The notes beneath the pieces are model-generated. The model saw only the letters and a list, made by a program, of their open reading frames with translations, ran no database searches and had not been told where the DNA came from. This document shows, one piece after another, positions 13,582 to 26,914 of a stretch of DNA of 64,000 bases (position 1 is its first letter; the number at the start of each line of letters is the position of its first letter). Origin of the DNA: Podarcis cretensis (taxonomy: Eukaryota); NCBI GenBank assembly GCA_951804945.1, contig OX638154.1, positions 67,952,001 through 68,016,000 of the forward strand, given 5' to 3'. A program made the position numbers and the translations under genes.

Positions 13582-15289
13582 ATGGGTTGGGGCAAGAGTG
13601 TATCTCAAGGCTCTATGCTCACCACTGTTGAGTGCACTGATTCATTTCCTGGCTGCGTGACTGACATGAGGGTGTTAACACCACTGCAACCTGTGAACAC
13701 TAGGGGAAAGCAGTGCTGTCACTGATATTGGTGGTGTGGCTGGTGGTGCTATTCTGCTCCCCGTCACAGTACTTTTCAAGTCCCGTGTTGGGAGTATATA
13801 GGGTATGATGCCCATTAAACCAACAATTTGCCAGATTAAGTATCCTGGCATAAAGGATTGCTCAAACTATTCAGTAAGGGAATCCTAGCCACACTCACTT
13901 GAGATGAACTCAGTGCAGAGGACTAGCCTGCACAATCTTCCTCACTGAAAAATACATTGCTCATTGATTCACTAATGTAGGATGCTGAAGATCAGAGCCT
14001 TGATTCTGCCCTCCTCAAGGATCTTAGTTATGTAACTGCAGGTGCCAAAATGTGAACTGCAATAGTGGAACATTTTCATGGCACTTATTATTCCGCAGGC
14101 AGGGGAGACCAAATTTAAAACCTTGAATACAATATAATCTAGATGTGAAATCCTTCCAATGAGATTCTATTGGTACTATTGATTCTATCACTTCAATTCC
14201 CCCCCTCCCTTCCTTTCAGAATGTAAATGAACTTGCTCCTTCATAAAATCCCAAATACTAGTGTCAACTTATTTTTCCCCTACTGCACAATAAAGTCACA
14301 GTTAGTTAGATTCATTTGAGAATGAAGAGATGAGTACTTAACGCTAAACTGGTTAGAAAGTTTCAGCATTAAACAGATCCAAATCAGCCCAAAGCGCATT
14401 CCCTAGAAATACTGCAATGCTTTACCAAAATGGTATATACCGTGCACTAGTGGGGAACTATTTCCTTCCATTACAAATGCATGAAAGGACAAAATCTAAG
14501 GGTTCAAAAAAGCCAGGAACATCAGGATAAATATTGCTTATTAAGCTTGTTTGTGCAAAAACTATTTGCGCTGCTCCTTGCACTGGGGACATCACTGGGA
14601 AAAGCATATCACCAATAGCACTGTACTAGTGTAAGTATGTAAGTATTGGAGAAGTGATGAGAGCTGGCCTTCGTGTAGTCTTCATTTTCTTCTCCATTAG
14701 TCTGCCTTCATACCACAGCATAAAACTCTTGCACATGAAATAGTAGTACTTCCGGAGGTGGGGTGAAGAAAACTGGGCTCTTTATGGTCCCAGAGACCAC
14801 CACCTAAAGATGATGTAACATGAATCTCAAGGCACTGGAACTACTGTACACTGACAGAGGGTAGAACCAGCCAAGCCCATCTGTCCCCCCCACTCATTCA
14901 AGACACAAATTGTTGCTATGGCTATAGCAGTGGTTCTCTTTTTTATTTTTATTTTTTTTATTTTTTTTTATTTTCAATGCAGAATCATAACAAAAATTAC
15001 AAACATTGAATCCAAAATAATACTATACAAACAAACAAAACGGAACATACAAAAAAAAGCAGAAAAGGAAAAGGAAAAAAAGCAAAGGAAACAAAACAAA
15101 ACTAAACAAAAACGAAAAAGCACGCATCTACAGAAAAAAACCATATCATTACGTACATTTACACATATTGACTTCCTTCCTTTGTTCTAAGACCTCAAAA
15201 AATTTACTCTTACTATATTGTTGTGTCTGGTTAGATTCATTTTTTTTCTTTAACCCTGTAAAGCATCATTCATTACATACCAATATACT

Positions 15290-18200
15290 TACTCCAGAAC
15301 AATGTTTTTTTCATATACTCTTTAGCACAACCCCATTCTTTTAATAATTTCTGGTCCAATTGTCCCCTTATGAATGCTGTGAGTCTTGCCAGATTTCTGT
15401 ATTCACAAAATTTAATTTGCCAATCTTTTAATTTGCCAATCTGATGGAATTTTCCTCCCTTTCCAGGTTTTTTGCTATAACCATCCTGGCAGCTGTTGTT
15501 GCATATAGGAATACTTTCCTTTGATTTTCGGGAATATCATTTGTAATTAAACCTAAAAGGAATGCCTCCGGTTTTTTACTGAAAGATATTTTAAACATCT
15601 TTTTGAGTTCTTCGTAAATTTCGTTCCAGAATTGTTTAATAGGTCGGCATTCCCACCACATGTGAAACATTGTTCCTATTTCTTTTTTACATCTCCAACA
15701 GGTATTCGATTTTAATTTGTAAATTTTAGCCAATTTTACCGGCGTTAAGTACCATTGGTACACCATTTTCATAAAATTTTCTCTTATTGTATAACATGCC
15801 GTGAACTTAATATCATATTTCCATAATTTCTCCCATTGTTCCAGCCGAATCACATATCCTATATCATATGCCCATTTAATCATAACTTTTTACTTCTTCA
15901 TCCTTTAATTCCTATTCTAATAATAAATTATACATTTTGGATATATTCTTTTTTGAGTTTTGTAATAATACTTTTTGTAATTTTGATTCCTCTTTTTCAA
16001 ATCCTATTATTTTATCCTGATTAAATATTTGTGCAATTTGGTGATATTGTAACCATGTAGTACAGTATTGGGTCACCTCTTCATATGGTCTTAATTTTAA
16101 TTGGCCCTGTTCTTCCTTTAGGAGCTGCTGGTATGTCACCATTCTTCCTATAGTATTTTTCTTTTTAACCGATATTACTTCTAATGGTGAGACCCGCCAT
16201 GGGGTTTTCAGTTCTAACAACCTTCTATATCTCACCCAGACCTTGTATATCTCACCCAGACCATTTCTAATTACGTGGTTTAGAAATTCTTTATGTACTG
16301 CCACTTTGTTATAAATTAGGTAGGCATGCCAACCATATCTGTTGTTCCATCCCTCCAAGTCCAAAATGTCACTGTTATCCAATTTGATCCAATCCTTGAT
16401 CCAAGTAAAGCATGCCGCATTGTGATATAGTCTCAGGTCTGGGAGTCCGAAACCTCCCCGCTCTTTTATGTCGGTTAATAATTTATGTTTGATCCGTGGC
16501 TTTTTGCCTTGCCATATAAACTTTGTTAGGTCCGTTTTCCATTTTTTAAAACAATCATATTTACCTATTATGGGAATCATTTGAAAAAGGAACAAGAGTT
16601 TTGGTAAAATATTCATTTTAATAGCCGAAATTCTACCCCAGAGTGTTAAATTCAATCTTGTCCAAGTTTCCATTTCTCTTTTTGTATCTTCCCAATTTTT
16701 TTTATAATTATCTTCAAACAAATTTATATTTTTCATTGTTATTTGTATTCCTAAATATTTCACTTTTTTTACAATTTGTAATCCAAATTTTTCTACCAGT
16801 TCCTTTTTCTCTTGATCTCCCATGTTTTTTACCATGAGTTTCGTTTTTTCTTTATTCAAAGCAAAACCTGAGACCCTTCCAAAGTTTCCCATTTTTTCTA
16901 GAGCCTTTGCTATGCTTTCCTTTGGGTTTTCCACCATTAAGACTAAATCATCTGCAAATGCCCTTATTTTGTATATTTTCTCTCCTAGGGATATTCCATT
17001 TATTTCTTGATCCAGTCTGATTTCTTGATTTAATATTTCCAAAACCAAAATGAATAATAATGGTGAAAGTGGGCAACCTTGTCTGGTGCCCTTCTGTATT
17101 TTAAAATAATCAGACATGTCATTATTTATTATTATATTTGCTTCTTGTTGTTCATAAATTGCTTTTAGCCCTCTTGTAATTTGGTCTCCCATGTCCATCT
17201 GGTCTAATAATATTTTTAGAAATTTCCATGATACTTTGTCAAATGCCTTTTCCGCGTCCACAAAAACAAAGGCTACCTTCTTACTCGGTTTCATGTCTAA
17301 ATACTCAATCATATCAATCACTGTTCTTATATTATCACTCATTTTCCTGCCCGGCAAGAACCCTGCCTGCTCTTTATTTATGCAATCCTGCAAAACTGTC
17401 TTTAATCTTGTTGCCAATATTTGTGCATAGATCTTGTAATCATTATTTAGTAATGATATTGGTCTATAATTGGTTATAAACTCTTTATTTCGTCCTTGTT
17501 TTGGGATTACTACTATGTGAGCCTGTTTCCAGGTGTTGGGAATCGTCCCGTCTTCTAATATTCTATTTAAGAGTGTCTTCATAGGTGATAATAATGGTTC
17601 CTCTAATTTTTTGTAATGTATTGTGGTAAGACCATCTGGACCTGGGGATTTTCCCAGTTTCATCTTAATTATCGCTTGATGAAGCTCTGTCGTGGTTATT
17701 GGGGAGTTTAGATCTTGAATCTTTTCTTTCTTAATTTTAGGTATATCCTTTCCACATAAATACTCTTTTATTTCATCCTCTGTCTCATTTCCTGCTTTAT
17801 ATAGCTTATTATAATATTTTATAAAGCACTTTTTAACTTCTTCAGGATTATCTAAAGTTCTCCCTTCTTCCACTATTTTATCAATCACTTTTTCCTTTTG
17901 TCTTTTTTTTAATTGCCAGGCTAGCATCTTTCCGGGTTTATTTGCAAATTCAAACGACCTTTGTTTCATCTATTTAATATTGTCCTCAATTTCACTATTT
18001 AATATTGCTGAAGCCTCGGTTTGTAATATTTTTAGTTTTTGGTTTATTAATTCATTTTTTGGTTGTTTTGTTAATAATTTTTCATTTATTCCTATTTCTT
18101 TCCTTATTTGTTCTAGTTTTTGCTCTCTGTTTCTTTTCCTTATTGCACTTTGTTGTATGTAAAAGCCTCTTATGAAAGCTTTACTTGCATCCCATATTGT

Positions 18201-19035
18201 CCTGATGTCTGTATCCTGTTCTTTATTTAATTCAAAAAATTCTTTCATTAGTTCTTGCACTTTTTTCACAATCTTTTCGTCATTTAATATTCTTTCATTA
18301 AGTCTCCATCTTTTATTAGTTTTCTTGTATTCCTTTAATTCTAATGTGACTGGGTTGTGATCTGTAATAATTTTGGTCTGTATTTCTGCTTTTTTAATTT
18401 TAGTTGTTAAGTTATTTGATACCCATATGCTGTCAATTCTGCCGGCTGATTTTTTTACTTCCGAGAAATGTGTATACTGTCTTTCTCCTGGGTTTTTATA
18501 TCTCCATGTGTCAATCAAATTTAAGTTTTCTACCATCTGAAAGAAGGTATCTGGGAGTCTGCCTTTTTTTGATTTTCTTTCTCTCTCTGTCCTTTCTAAT
18601 TCTATTGATGTGACACCATTAAGGTCTCCCATCCGAATAATTTCCTCTTCTATAAATTCCAGTAAATTAGCTTCTACTTTCCTGAAGAATTCTGTTTTGT
18701 TACCATTCGGTGCATAAACTCCTACTATAATTAAATGTTCTTTACCTTTTGCTATTTTTACCCCTAATAATCTACCTTCATCATCCTTAAAGATTTTTTT
18801 TGCGTCTAGTTTAGGGTTCACATAGATCACAATTCCCCTTTTCTTTTTTTACATCTGATATAAATTCTTGACCCAATCTCTTGTTTTCTAAAACCCTTCT
18901 GTGATTTCTAGTCACATGGGTCTCCTGCAAGCATATGATATCCCATTGTTCTTTCCTCAATACATGTTCTATTTTATTTCTCTTCCTCTTATCATTTAAA
19001 CCGTTAACATTCCAAGATATAATTTTTAGATTCAT
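15290..19035 (-). pseudogene. L1 ORF2p (APE endonuclease, reverse transcriptase, C-terminal Cys/His knuckle), disrupted
   Basis: SWNVNGL, CLQETH, GVYAPN, GDLN, RIDSIW and TDH (endonuclease). KSPGPDG, YRPISLLN, QGCPLSP, FADD and YLG (RT). CWRC...HMWWEC. Frameshift at ~18840, stops at 17970 and 15912, further frameshifts at ~15887 and ~15470. The 3' boundary is approximate. Confidence 0.95.
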
Positions 19036-19130
19036 TAATCTTTATTTATTATCTACAAAGGTTTCATTGAGTAAATAAAAGAAAAAAGAAAAGAAAAAGA
19101 AAAAAACTCAGAGATTTTAGGATTTTGATA

Positions 19131-20171
19131 TTATGTTTCTTCCAATCTCCCCCCCCCCCTTGATACCCGCTTGTCTCTCTGTGCTTCTTGTGGCGTCTGC
19201 GTTGTTTCCTCTCGCTCCAATGTCGGATCTCCAGTTAGTTCTTTTTTATACTTCCTCCAGAATTTTCCCAGCTCGTCTACTGATCTAAAAGTTTTTCTTC
19301 TGTCCTTGTATGTGAAGGTGATGCCCTCAGGGAATTCCCACCGGAATCTAATCGAATTCGTCTTGAGTGCTTCTGTTACTGTCTTATAGTTCTGCCTTTT
19401 CTTCAAAATTCTTTTTGGGATTTCCTTACATATTTTGATAGGCCTATCTTCTATTATTAACTTCGCTTGTCCTTTTTGATGTAATATTTTGTCCTTTAAA
19501 AGTCTTGAGTTGAAAAAAATTAAGCAATCTCCTGGCCCTTTATAAGTGTCCGATCTTTCTGATTTGATCCTGAAAATTTTATCAATATCCAATAGCATCT
19601 CTTCTACTTCTACTCCCAACCAGTTTGCAATCTCCTGTGATAGTTTCTCTTGAATTTGTTCATCATAAGTTTGTGGTACGCCTCGGAAGCGGAGGACCAT
19701 CTCCTTCTGACGCATCTCCATCAATGATAAATAATCTAGCAGCTCTTCATGGGCTCTCTTTAAGTCGTTTATTTCTTCCTTCGTTGAATCTTATGATTTT
19801 TTAATGTCCTTATTTTCAATTTGCAATTTCTTCGTCATTTCCTCTTGTTTGGTGGATTTACTCTTGAGTTCTTGTACAGATTTATCCAGTTCTTTATTCT
19901 TAAGTGAGAGGTCACTTATTTGTGTTGTTAAGTCTATTATTAGCTTTGAGTCTTGTTGGATGTTGCCAGCTAATATGTCCAGCTTATCATTCAGGCTCTT
20001 TTCCATCCCCATTATAAGATCTTTTATGTCAGCATTGGGGTCTGTTTCAGCTGTTGATTGTCTTCTCACTTGTAGACCTGACCCAGATGTCAGTGTAGTT
20101 TGGGTATTTTTTAGAACCCATATTTGTCTTCTTCCTTTTGGTTCTGATCTAGATGTCTTTATTTCAATCAA
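19131..20171 (-). pseudogene. L1 ORF1p (coiled coil, RRM, CTD) with one in-frame stop at 19791-19793
   Basis: The heptad-rich N-part and the LRFRGVP...IDKIFRI...PGDCLIFF...FRWEFPEGITF part are in the same frame. The true start codon is uncertain. Confidence 0.85.
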
Positions 20172-22027
20172 GAATATATATATTCCTAAAACTTTGAAAA
20201 TGCTCTGTTTATAATTTGGTCCTTTTATTCCATCTGTTGGGATTGAAAGTCAGTTAGGATTCCGGTGGTTTACACTATATCATTACCAGTTCATCTCAAA
20301 TATTTAAAAAAAAATTAAAAAATCAAAGTTTTAATATGAATTTAGTTAAATATTTTGTTTTATTTTAATTACTTTGGCAGTTGTCAGAGAAAAATTCCTT
20401 CGCAGTACTTAACATCCGTCTTAAGAACTTATTTTCTAGAAGCTGAACTTGGTATTTCAGGTATTCCTTCATGTATAGCTAGTTTTCTTTATGGTTGTGC
20501 TTCAAGCCTGTGTCTTAGCAGCATTTTTAAAAATTATGGGAGTAATTTTATTTTCCGCCACTAGGTGGCGCGATTTTCCAATTTACTTGTGAGGTGGTCC
20601 TTCTTGTTTTGTTTCTCTAGCCTCTCTTTGTTGCAGTGACTGTTTCCGCCACTATTCTTCTTCCGGCTTTTTCCCTTCTGAGGGCAATGACTCACACTTC
20701 CCCCCCCAGCGCCATTTTCACCAACTGCTTTCTTCCTTATTACCGTCTTTTCCCTTCTTTTCCCTTCTCCTTTCTCTCCCTTCGTATATCTTTTCTTCTT
20801 CCCTTTCACTTCCTTATCTTAATCTTTATCTTCCCACCGCTGCCTGGTCTTCAAATCTTTTCTATTCCTTCTCTTTTCCACTGTCTCCTCCACGTTCCTC
20901 CCCCTCCTTTTTCTTTTCCACTCACCCTTTGTTTTACGCTGATCTCCTTCTTAATGGCCGCTGCTTTGTTGTCCCCGCTGCTGCTGCTTGTTATTTCAGC
21001 TCCTTGTCTCTCTCAACAGAGCGTCCCCCTGTAGAAGCAGGTACTCAGTGAAGTGAAGGCCCAAAACAGGTGTTGACCATTATGTGAGCTGTGCACAGGT
21101 GGTCTGAAGCGAGCGAGCTACCACCATTCCTGTGGAGCCTCTTTTTATTGAGACAAATATGCAAGCTAGGCAGATACATTTTTGGGCTGCGACCTTTACA
21201 TATCTTCCGTCCCGAAATCGTGGGGTGGTACAAAGCTATTTTGGCACCTGTTCCACAGCGTCATTTTCCCCTTGCACAATGTATGACGAATGGAGACAAA
21301 AGGTCTCAGGGAAAAACTTACAGACAGGACACCGCTGACTCTGAGACCGCAAAAGGTCAGACATAGGGGACGATGTTCTAGACAGCCATGACTTGTCTGA
21401 GGGGGAGTTTTTCCTGCACCCCAGGGTCACGCATGCAGGCAGACTGCGGCTGCCTGCTGGTGGGGAAGTGTGCTCCCTCCGGACCCCACTCCCCACTCCG
21501 CAATATCCCTACACTCAGTATGTCTCAGTTTTTATTTTCTGCCTCTTTACAAGGCTTATTTTCCACAACTTGATAAGTCTCAGAACGCTGAAGCTCCTCT
21601 CTCCATTAGCTTTACTGTCCTTTATAATATTAAGTTAGTCCGTGCTCCTTTTATTTAAATTTAAGCCAGCGTTATTGCCTTCTTGCTTCAGGAGTACTCT
21701 TGATTTTACAGTTTTAGTTTGGAGCAGCCTGGTGCTTTCTCATTCGGGTCTAAGGGGCGTCTCACGGTCGGGTGTGCAATCTTTCTGCGCTGAGGTTCTT
21801 CCACCTTCCTCCACTTTTTGTGCTGGAGCGGCAGAAAACCCCTTTATGCGCTGCTTGGATCGGTTTTCTTCAGTCTGGAACCTCCTCTCAGACCTCTTCA
21901 GGGTTTGCGTCGCCCTCGCTTACCCGTCTTTTTATCCCGTATCCGTGATTGGGAGTGCTCTTACTGCAGCAAAGCGCTTTCCCTGACCGGACGCTGAGCG
22001 CACCACACCAGGAAGTCCCGGCTATAG

Positions 22028-22700
22028 CAGTGGTTCTCAAAAGATGTGGCACACCACACTGGTGTGGAAGGAGAGGGTGCCAGGCACGGCAGGAAGATTC
22101 AAGGACAATCAAAGGAAACGTTTAAACATTTCAGTATAGTATAATATTGCATAGTATCAACATTTCTTATTTATTTGCAGAATATGGATAGATACATTTT
22201 CAAGTGATCGCACCTTGACAATGAAACACAGGAGTATGCTACTGGACTCTTTTTGGATACACAACCAGAAACAGTTTCCATGCCTCTCTTCAAGAGCACT
22301 GGCTATTCATCTACAGTTCGCCATGAGATGTTGTTGTGAACAGGGATTTTCAACTCTGACAAATACGAAGGATCAGAAAAGAGAGAGACTTCTTTGTGTT
22401 GATGAGATGAGAGTTGGTTTGTCTCAAATTAGACCGAATATAAATGAGATTACCCAGCAAAAGCAAGCTCACAACTCTCACTGACTGAGTTTGCATACAT
22501 GCTTAAGGTAAGAGCCTCACTTATATTTTGGGAATGATTCTTGTTCTTATGTAGCTGCATTGTTATGTATTCTGTGTTATAAATCGAACACTGCCAGGAG
22601 TTGCTTCTTTTTGTTTTCTGGTGTATTTCTTATCAATAAAAAAAATCAGTGTGGTATAAGCGAATTTTGGCCTTCTACCAAAATTGGTCCTTAAGACACC
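22028..22700 (+). mobile_element. hAT (Charlie/Buster-like) internally deleted element carrying the transposase C-terminal dimerisation-domain relic (22215-22484)
   Basis: Left TIR CAGTGGTTCTCAAA. Peptide FW...FPCLSSRAL...CEQGFSTLTNTKDQKRERL...IRPNI...KQAHNSH* is typical of the hAT C-terminus. No right TIR found, so the right end is approximate. Confidence 0.8.
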
Positions 22701-24734
22701 CTACAATGGCCTGATCAAGGTTCAGTTCAGTGAATGTCAAAGATGCTCAGTAATATCTCTAAAAGGATACTACTGGGCCAACTCTGAGGGATGAAAACTA
22801 GCATATTCAACCTTGCATTCACATACCTCTTCTGAAACACAGGTTTTACAACACAATACCAAAGTGGTAAGAATTAAACCCATTGGAGTTTAGAACTCCA
22901 TCTCCTTTTGCTGTCCAAGTCAAGAAATGTTGAATGCATATTAAGATTTCTAGTGTGTGTGGTTGGTGAATACTATGTAGTACTATAAATAAATCAATAA
23001 ACAAAACATTAAAACAAAACAGATGAAATACTGTGCTAGTGTGCAATTCAGTACATGGATTAAAAGTTTATAAAACTCATTTGTGTGGTCTTTGTGCTTA
23101 AGTGCTTTCCTTTCTGAGATGCGCATCTTCAATACACTGGAGAGGAAATGACTTTTTAAAAGGCACAAACAGCATTTAGTAAGCTAAAGAACACCTACCC
23201 ATAAAACCACAGTATGCAATTTCCAAACATTCAGACTCAGCAAAATCAAAAGTAGTTGCTTCCAGAACAAAGCCACACACACTACTTAAATATAGTGATC
23301 AGACCAAATTATATACATTCAAACTTCAGTCTTCAGGTAGAAGCCTATTCAGAAAAATGAACACTCACCCCCCCAAAAAAAAAAACCTAGGAAAGAATCT
23401 ATTTTCTCCTATTGTCCTCTCACTCAGAAAACAGCTTGACTGTTTATGTCCTTGTGCAGATAAATTCCAAGTGGGGTGAAGTACAGAACATTTCATCCCA
23501 AATGAGAACTATGGGCTTGAAAATGTATTTAATGGCATGAACCCTTAACTGTTACTGCTTTTTCCTCCTGTACAATTAGTATTAAACTTAACATTTATCT
23601 TTTTCTGACAGCAGCTCCTGCCATTAAATGAAATCATGCTCTCTTACTAATGTGGTTACAACCCACAGAGCAGTATATTAGCAGACCTGAATTACAACAT
23701 TGCACATGAATGGCTTCAAGTGGCAACAAACAAAAACAGTTTTAAAAGCCTGGAATGTCAGGCAACACACACAGCATTCTAAGACCATAATGCACATTCT
23801 TTCTTACACCCACACCCACCCAACATATATATTGTGTAAGAGAGAAGGAAATGTCACAAATGACATACAGAGGCCCCAGCAACAATCAAATTTTCTGTGC
23901 TATTCTTAATCACATAAAATGTGTAAGTCTCTTGACTGCATGCAGCATGATTCACAAATAATGGAACAACTGGAGCCTGCGTAGTGAAGTAGTTAATGTC
24001 AGACTAGGACCTATGGGACTAGGGCAACATCTGTATAATCCCTAGTTTAAAAACTCATTTTTGTTGGAAGCTGTCATCTCATAATTGCAGCATATTACTG
24101 TCAATAGCTATTAAGGAAGCAGTACAACGTCCATGAAACAGCAGACAAATATCCTAGCTCGGATACGGACAGTGGTGCACAAATACTCCATGCATACCAG
24201 ATTCATATGCCCCTCCCCACTCAACAGACAGCTGTCACTATCAAAGTTTATTCTAGGGCAGGGATCTACACATTTTGGCTCGGGACAGAGGCTATTTTGC
24301 TAGGTGATGTTTGGCTTTCTTGTTGCCTCCTCTACAGAAGCAAAATGTGTCTCTGCTGTATCCACTACCAGTTGAGGATTTGGGAAAGTGATTGTTTCTT
24401 TTACAAAAGTGGTGTGTTTCCTGTGTTTGCAGCAATCCCTCCATTCCACCCCCAAACAATGATGCTGTTTCCCAGCATCAGATGTATACAGGAATAATTT
24501 CGAAAGAGTAGTTTGGCCTGTGTGTGTGTGTGTGTAGGTAGGTAATTTTTAGAAATTCAGTATTCCCAAGGGGCAGCCAGGGCAGACAACAAACGCCAGC
24601 AAGCTGGGGGAGCTGGCTGTAACCTGGAGACTCCAAATAGCCACTGCTCGTTCATTGTGGCTCCATTGCTTAGGGACCGCTCTGAGCTGTGGCTGTTAGC
24701 ACACAGCAGGCTAAGAGCTTATCCTAGGTATCTC

Positions 24735-24962
24735 CTGTGGAAGAAGTGAGGGTAGTAGCATCATCAGTTGCTCAGAGCTGGAGCACATTAGCCACTCAAC
24801 AAGCCAAGACAGCATCTTTCTGTATACCAGCAGTTGGGAATCACAAATGGGGAGAATGCTGTTGAACTGATATGTTGACTGTGGGCTTCCCATAGTTATC
24901 TAGTTAGTTGCTGTGGGAACAAATGCTGGACTACTTGGACCTTTGGTCTAATCTAGCAGAAC
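24735..24962 (+). mobile_element. Old tRNA-derived SINE with a CR1-like tail
   Basis: Ends aatgctggactacttggacctttggtctaatctagcag. Reverse-orientation relatives at 45470-45620 and 52686-52850. Confidence 0.5.
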
Positions 24963-26153
24963 AAGAAACTAGACTAAAGTGAAACTAGTTATACATAAAA
25001 TGCCATGATTTTATAAACTTCCATGACTGAAAGAAGAAAGGACCAAAAGAATTGAGCCAAGGGGCCCACTGACACCCAGTTGGTAGAGAACCCACAAAAA
25101 ACTGTAGCCACCTTTCCTTGCTGGTTGCTAGGATTAAACTTCTATTTGCTGTTGACAACATTGCAGCTGGACTTGTGGAACCCTGTCACAATAGCCCAGA
25201 ATGATTTTGGGATTTACTGTACCATAGAGAAACAATAAATGAATCTCAGAATGAAAAGGGTCTATGATGCAAGTCAGTTAGTTACTTTTATAAATCCACA
25301 ACAAGAATTCCTGAGGTCTGCTTTTACAGATAGGAAGCCAAACCTTGATAACTCTGAAAGAATATGAAGATCCAGGAAGCGACACGATCATGAGGCACTG
25401 ACATAATCTAAAGTTCCTGTCTCCTTGCTGTGCTCCTACCATTGCAAATGATCGGGTGCATGACTTAGCTCAAGCTGGTGAAGAAACAGGCCGTAAGGAC
25501 CAGAAATACTACAGAGTAAGCTTTTTCCATGAGTAGGCCTTTGGTTCTAAAACAATATTTTTAAGTTGTAGCCCTTAAATTTCAATAAGTGCAGAATTCA
25601 GAAGAAAAACATGGTGTGATAGAAGGTTTGAGGGAAAGGCTCTCAAAAAAGAAACAAGAAATAGAAAGACGTGAAAATTGCTTGCACCATCTGGTGGATG
25701 CTGATTGAAACTGGAAAACAAATGAATTTTGATGTGTTTATGCCGGTGACCTGAAGGGTTTTTGAAATATTTCAACTCTCAATAAAGGAAGGCCATATGA
25801 ATTGCCTTGCATTGTCTATAATAATAGTAATAACACCAGCAAATAAAATGACTGCTTATTGCTAGTCTGATAAATAATGTCATTGAAAGAAGTATAACAA
25901 GCCTTAGGAAACAATTCCAATTTTACATGAAGATATGAAGCTAGAAAAGGTAAGTGGCTTGAATACTGAAACCATTACTTTAAACAAAGAATCAAAACAA
26001 GGTGAAAATGCTGCATATGCAGTTCACAAATTAATTAAAGGCCTGATGTATAATCCAATGAAATTCTACCTCAATTCAACAGAAGCAAACTGACTTTAAT
26101 TAAAGCAGCAGCTTTTTAATACATTTGTTGATAAGGCTACACACATCATAATA

Positions 26154-26518
26154 CAGTGGTGCCCCGCAAGACGAATGCCTCACAAGACGGAAAACTCGCT
26201 AGACGAAAGAGTTTTCCGTTTTGGAGGTGCTTCGCAAAACGAATTTCCTATGGGCTTGCTTCGCAAGACGAAAATGTCTTGCGAGTTCCTGCGGGTTTTT
26301 TCCCCTTCCCCCCCCCTTTTTCTAAGCCGCTAAGCCGCTTATCTGCTTATCCACTAATCTGCTAAGCCGCTAAAAGCCGCTAAAAGCCGCTAAAAGCCGC
26401 TAAGCCGCTAATAGTGCTAATCCGCCAATCCGTCAATGGGCTTGCTTCGCAAGATGAAAAAACCGCTAGACGAAGAGAATCGCGGAACGGATTCTTTTCG
26501 TCTTGCGAGGCACCACTG
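26154..26518. mobile_element. Tc1/mariner MITE, same family as 3309-4115, with an 8-10-bp (TAAGCCGC/TAAAAGCCGC)n core
   Basis: TA|CAGTGGTGCCCCGCAAGACGAA ... TTCGTCTTGCGAGGCACCACTG|TA. Confidence 0.9.
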
Positions 26519-26914
26519 TATAAAGCAAGTAAAATCGCTACAAAAACTTAACAATATTTTAACTAGTGTCACATACCATGAGGGTTACGTCACATTTGGT
26601 GACGCCTTCCTTTCCCCTTGAAAGTCTGAAGTTACAAAAAGATAATGGCAACTGAGATTTTGAAAAGCCAACAAGACAGAAGTGAATACAAGATGTTCGG
26701 TACCTCACAAGGTCTTCTACCAGCAGTATCAACCATCTTGGGCCCTACAATCAGTAAGTGAGGACCGGTTGGTGGTGCCATTGCGGGATACTACTCACTT
26801 TCCACTGACCTATGACAAGCTCTTCTCAGAGAGGTATCTCTGTCTTCCTTGTTATTAACATTCTGGAGGGGTTGAAAAGTATATCTGTTCACTTATGGAA
26901 TTTTATTTTTATTA

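Larger units (their letters stand above)
14939..22019 (-). mobile_element. Full-length L1-clade LINE (~7.08 kb), inactivated
   Basis: 19-bp TSD GGCTATAGCAGTGGTTCTC at 14920-14938 and 22020-22038. A-rich tail at 14939-14975. 5' end GGGACTTCCTGG. ORF1 and ORF2 present. Confidence 0.95.

Noticed and set aside
20561-21986. ORFs in the L1 5' region (Lys-rich 82 aa; antisense 114-132 aa, ORF0-like)
   Set aside because: Low-complexity purine/pyrimidine bias, the antisense ORFs have non-ATG starts, and there is no second copy here to test conservation.
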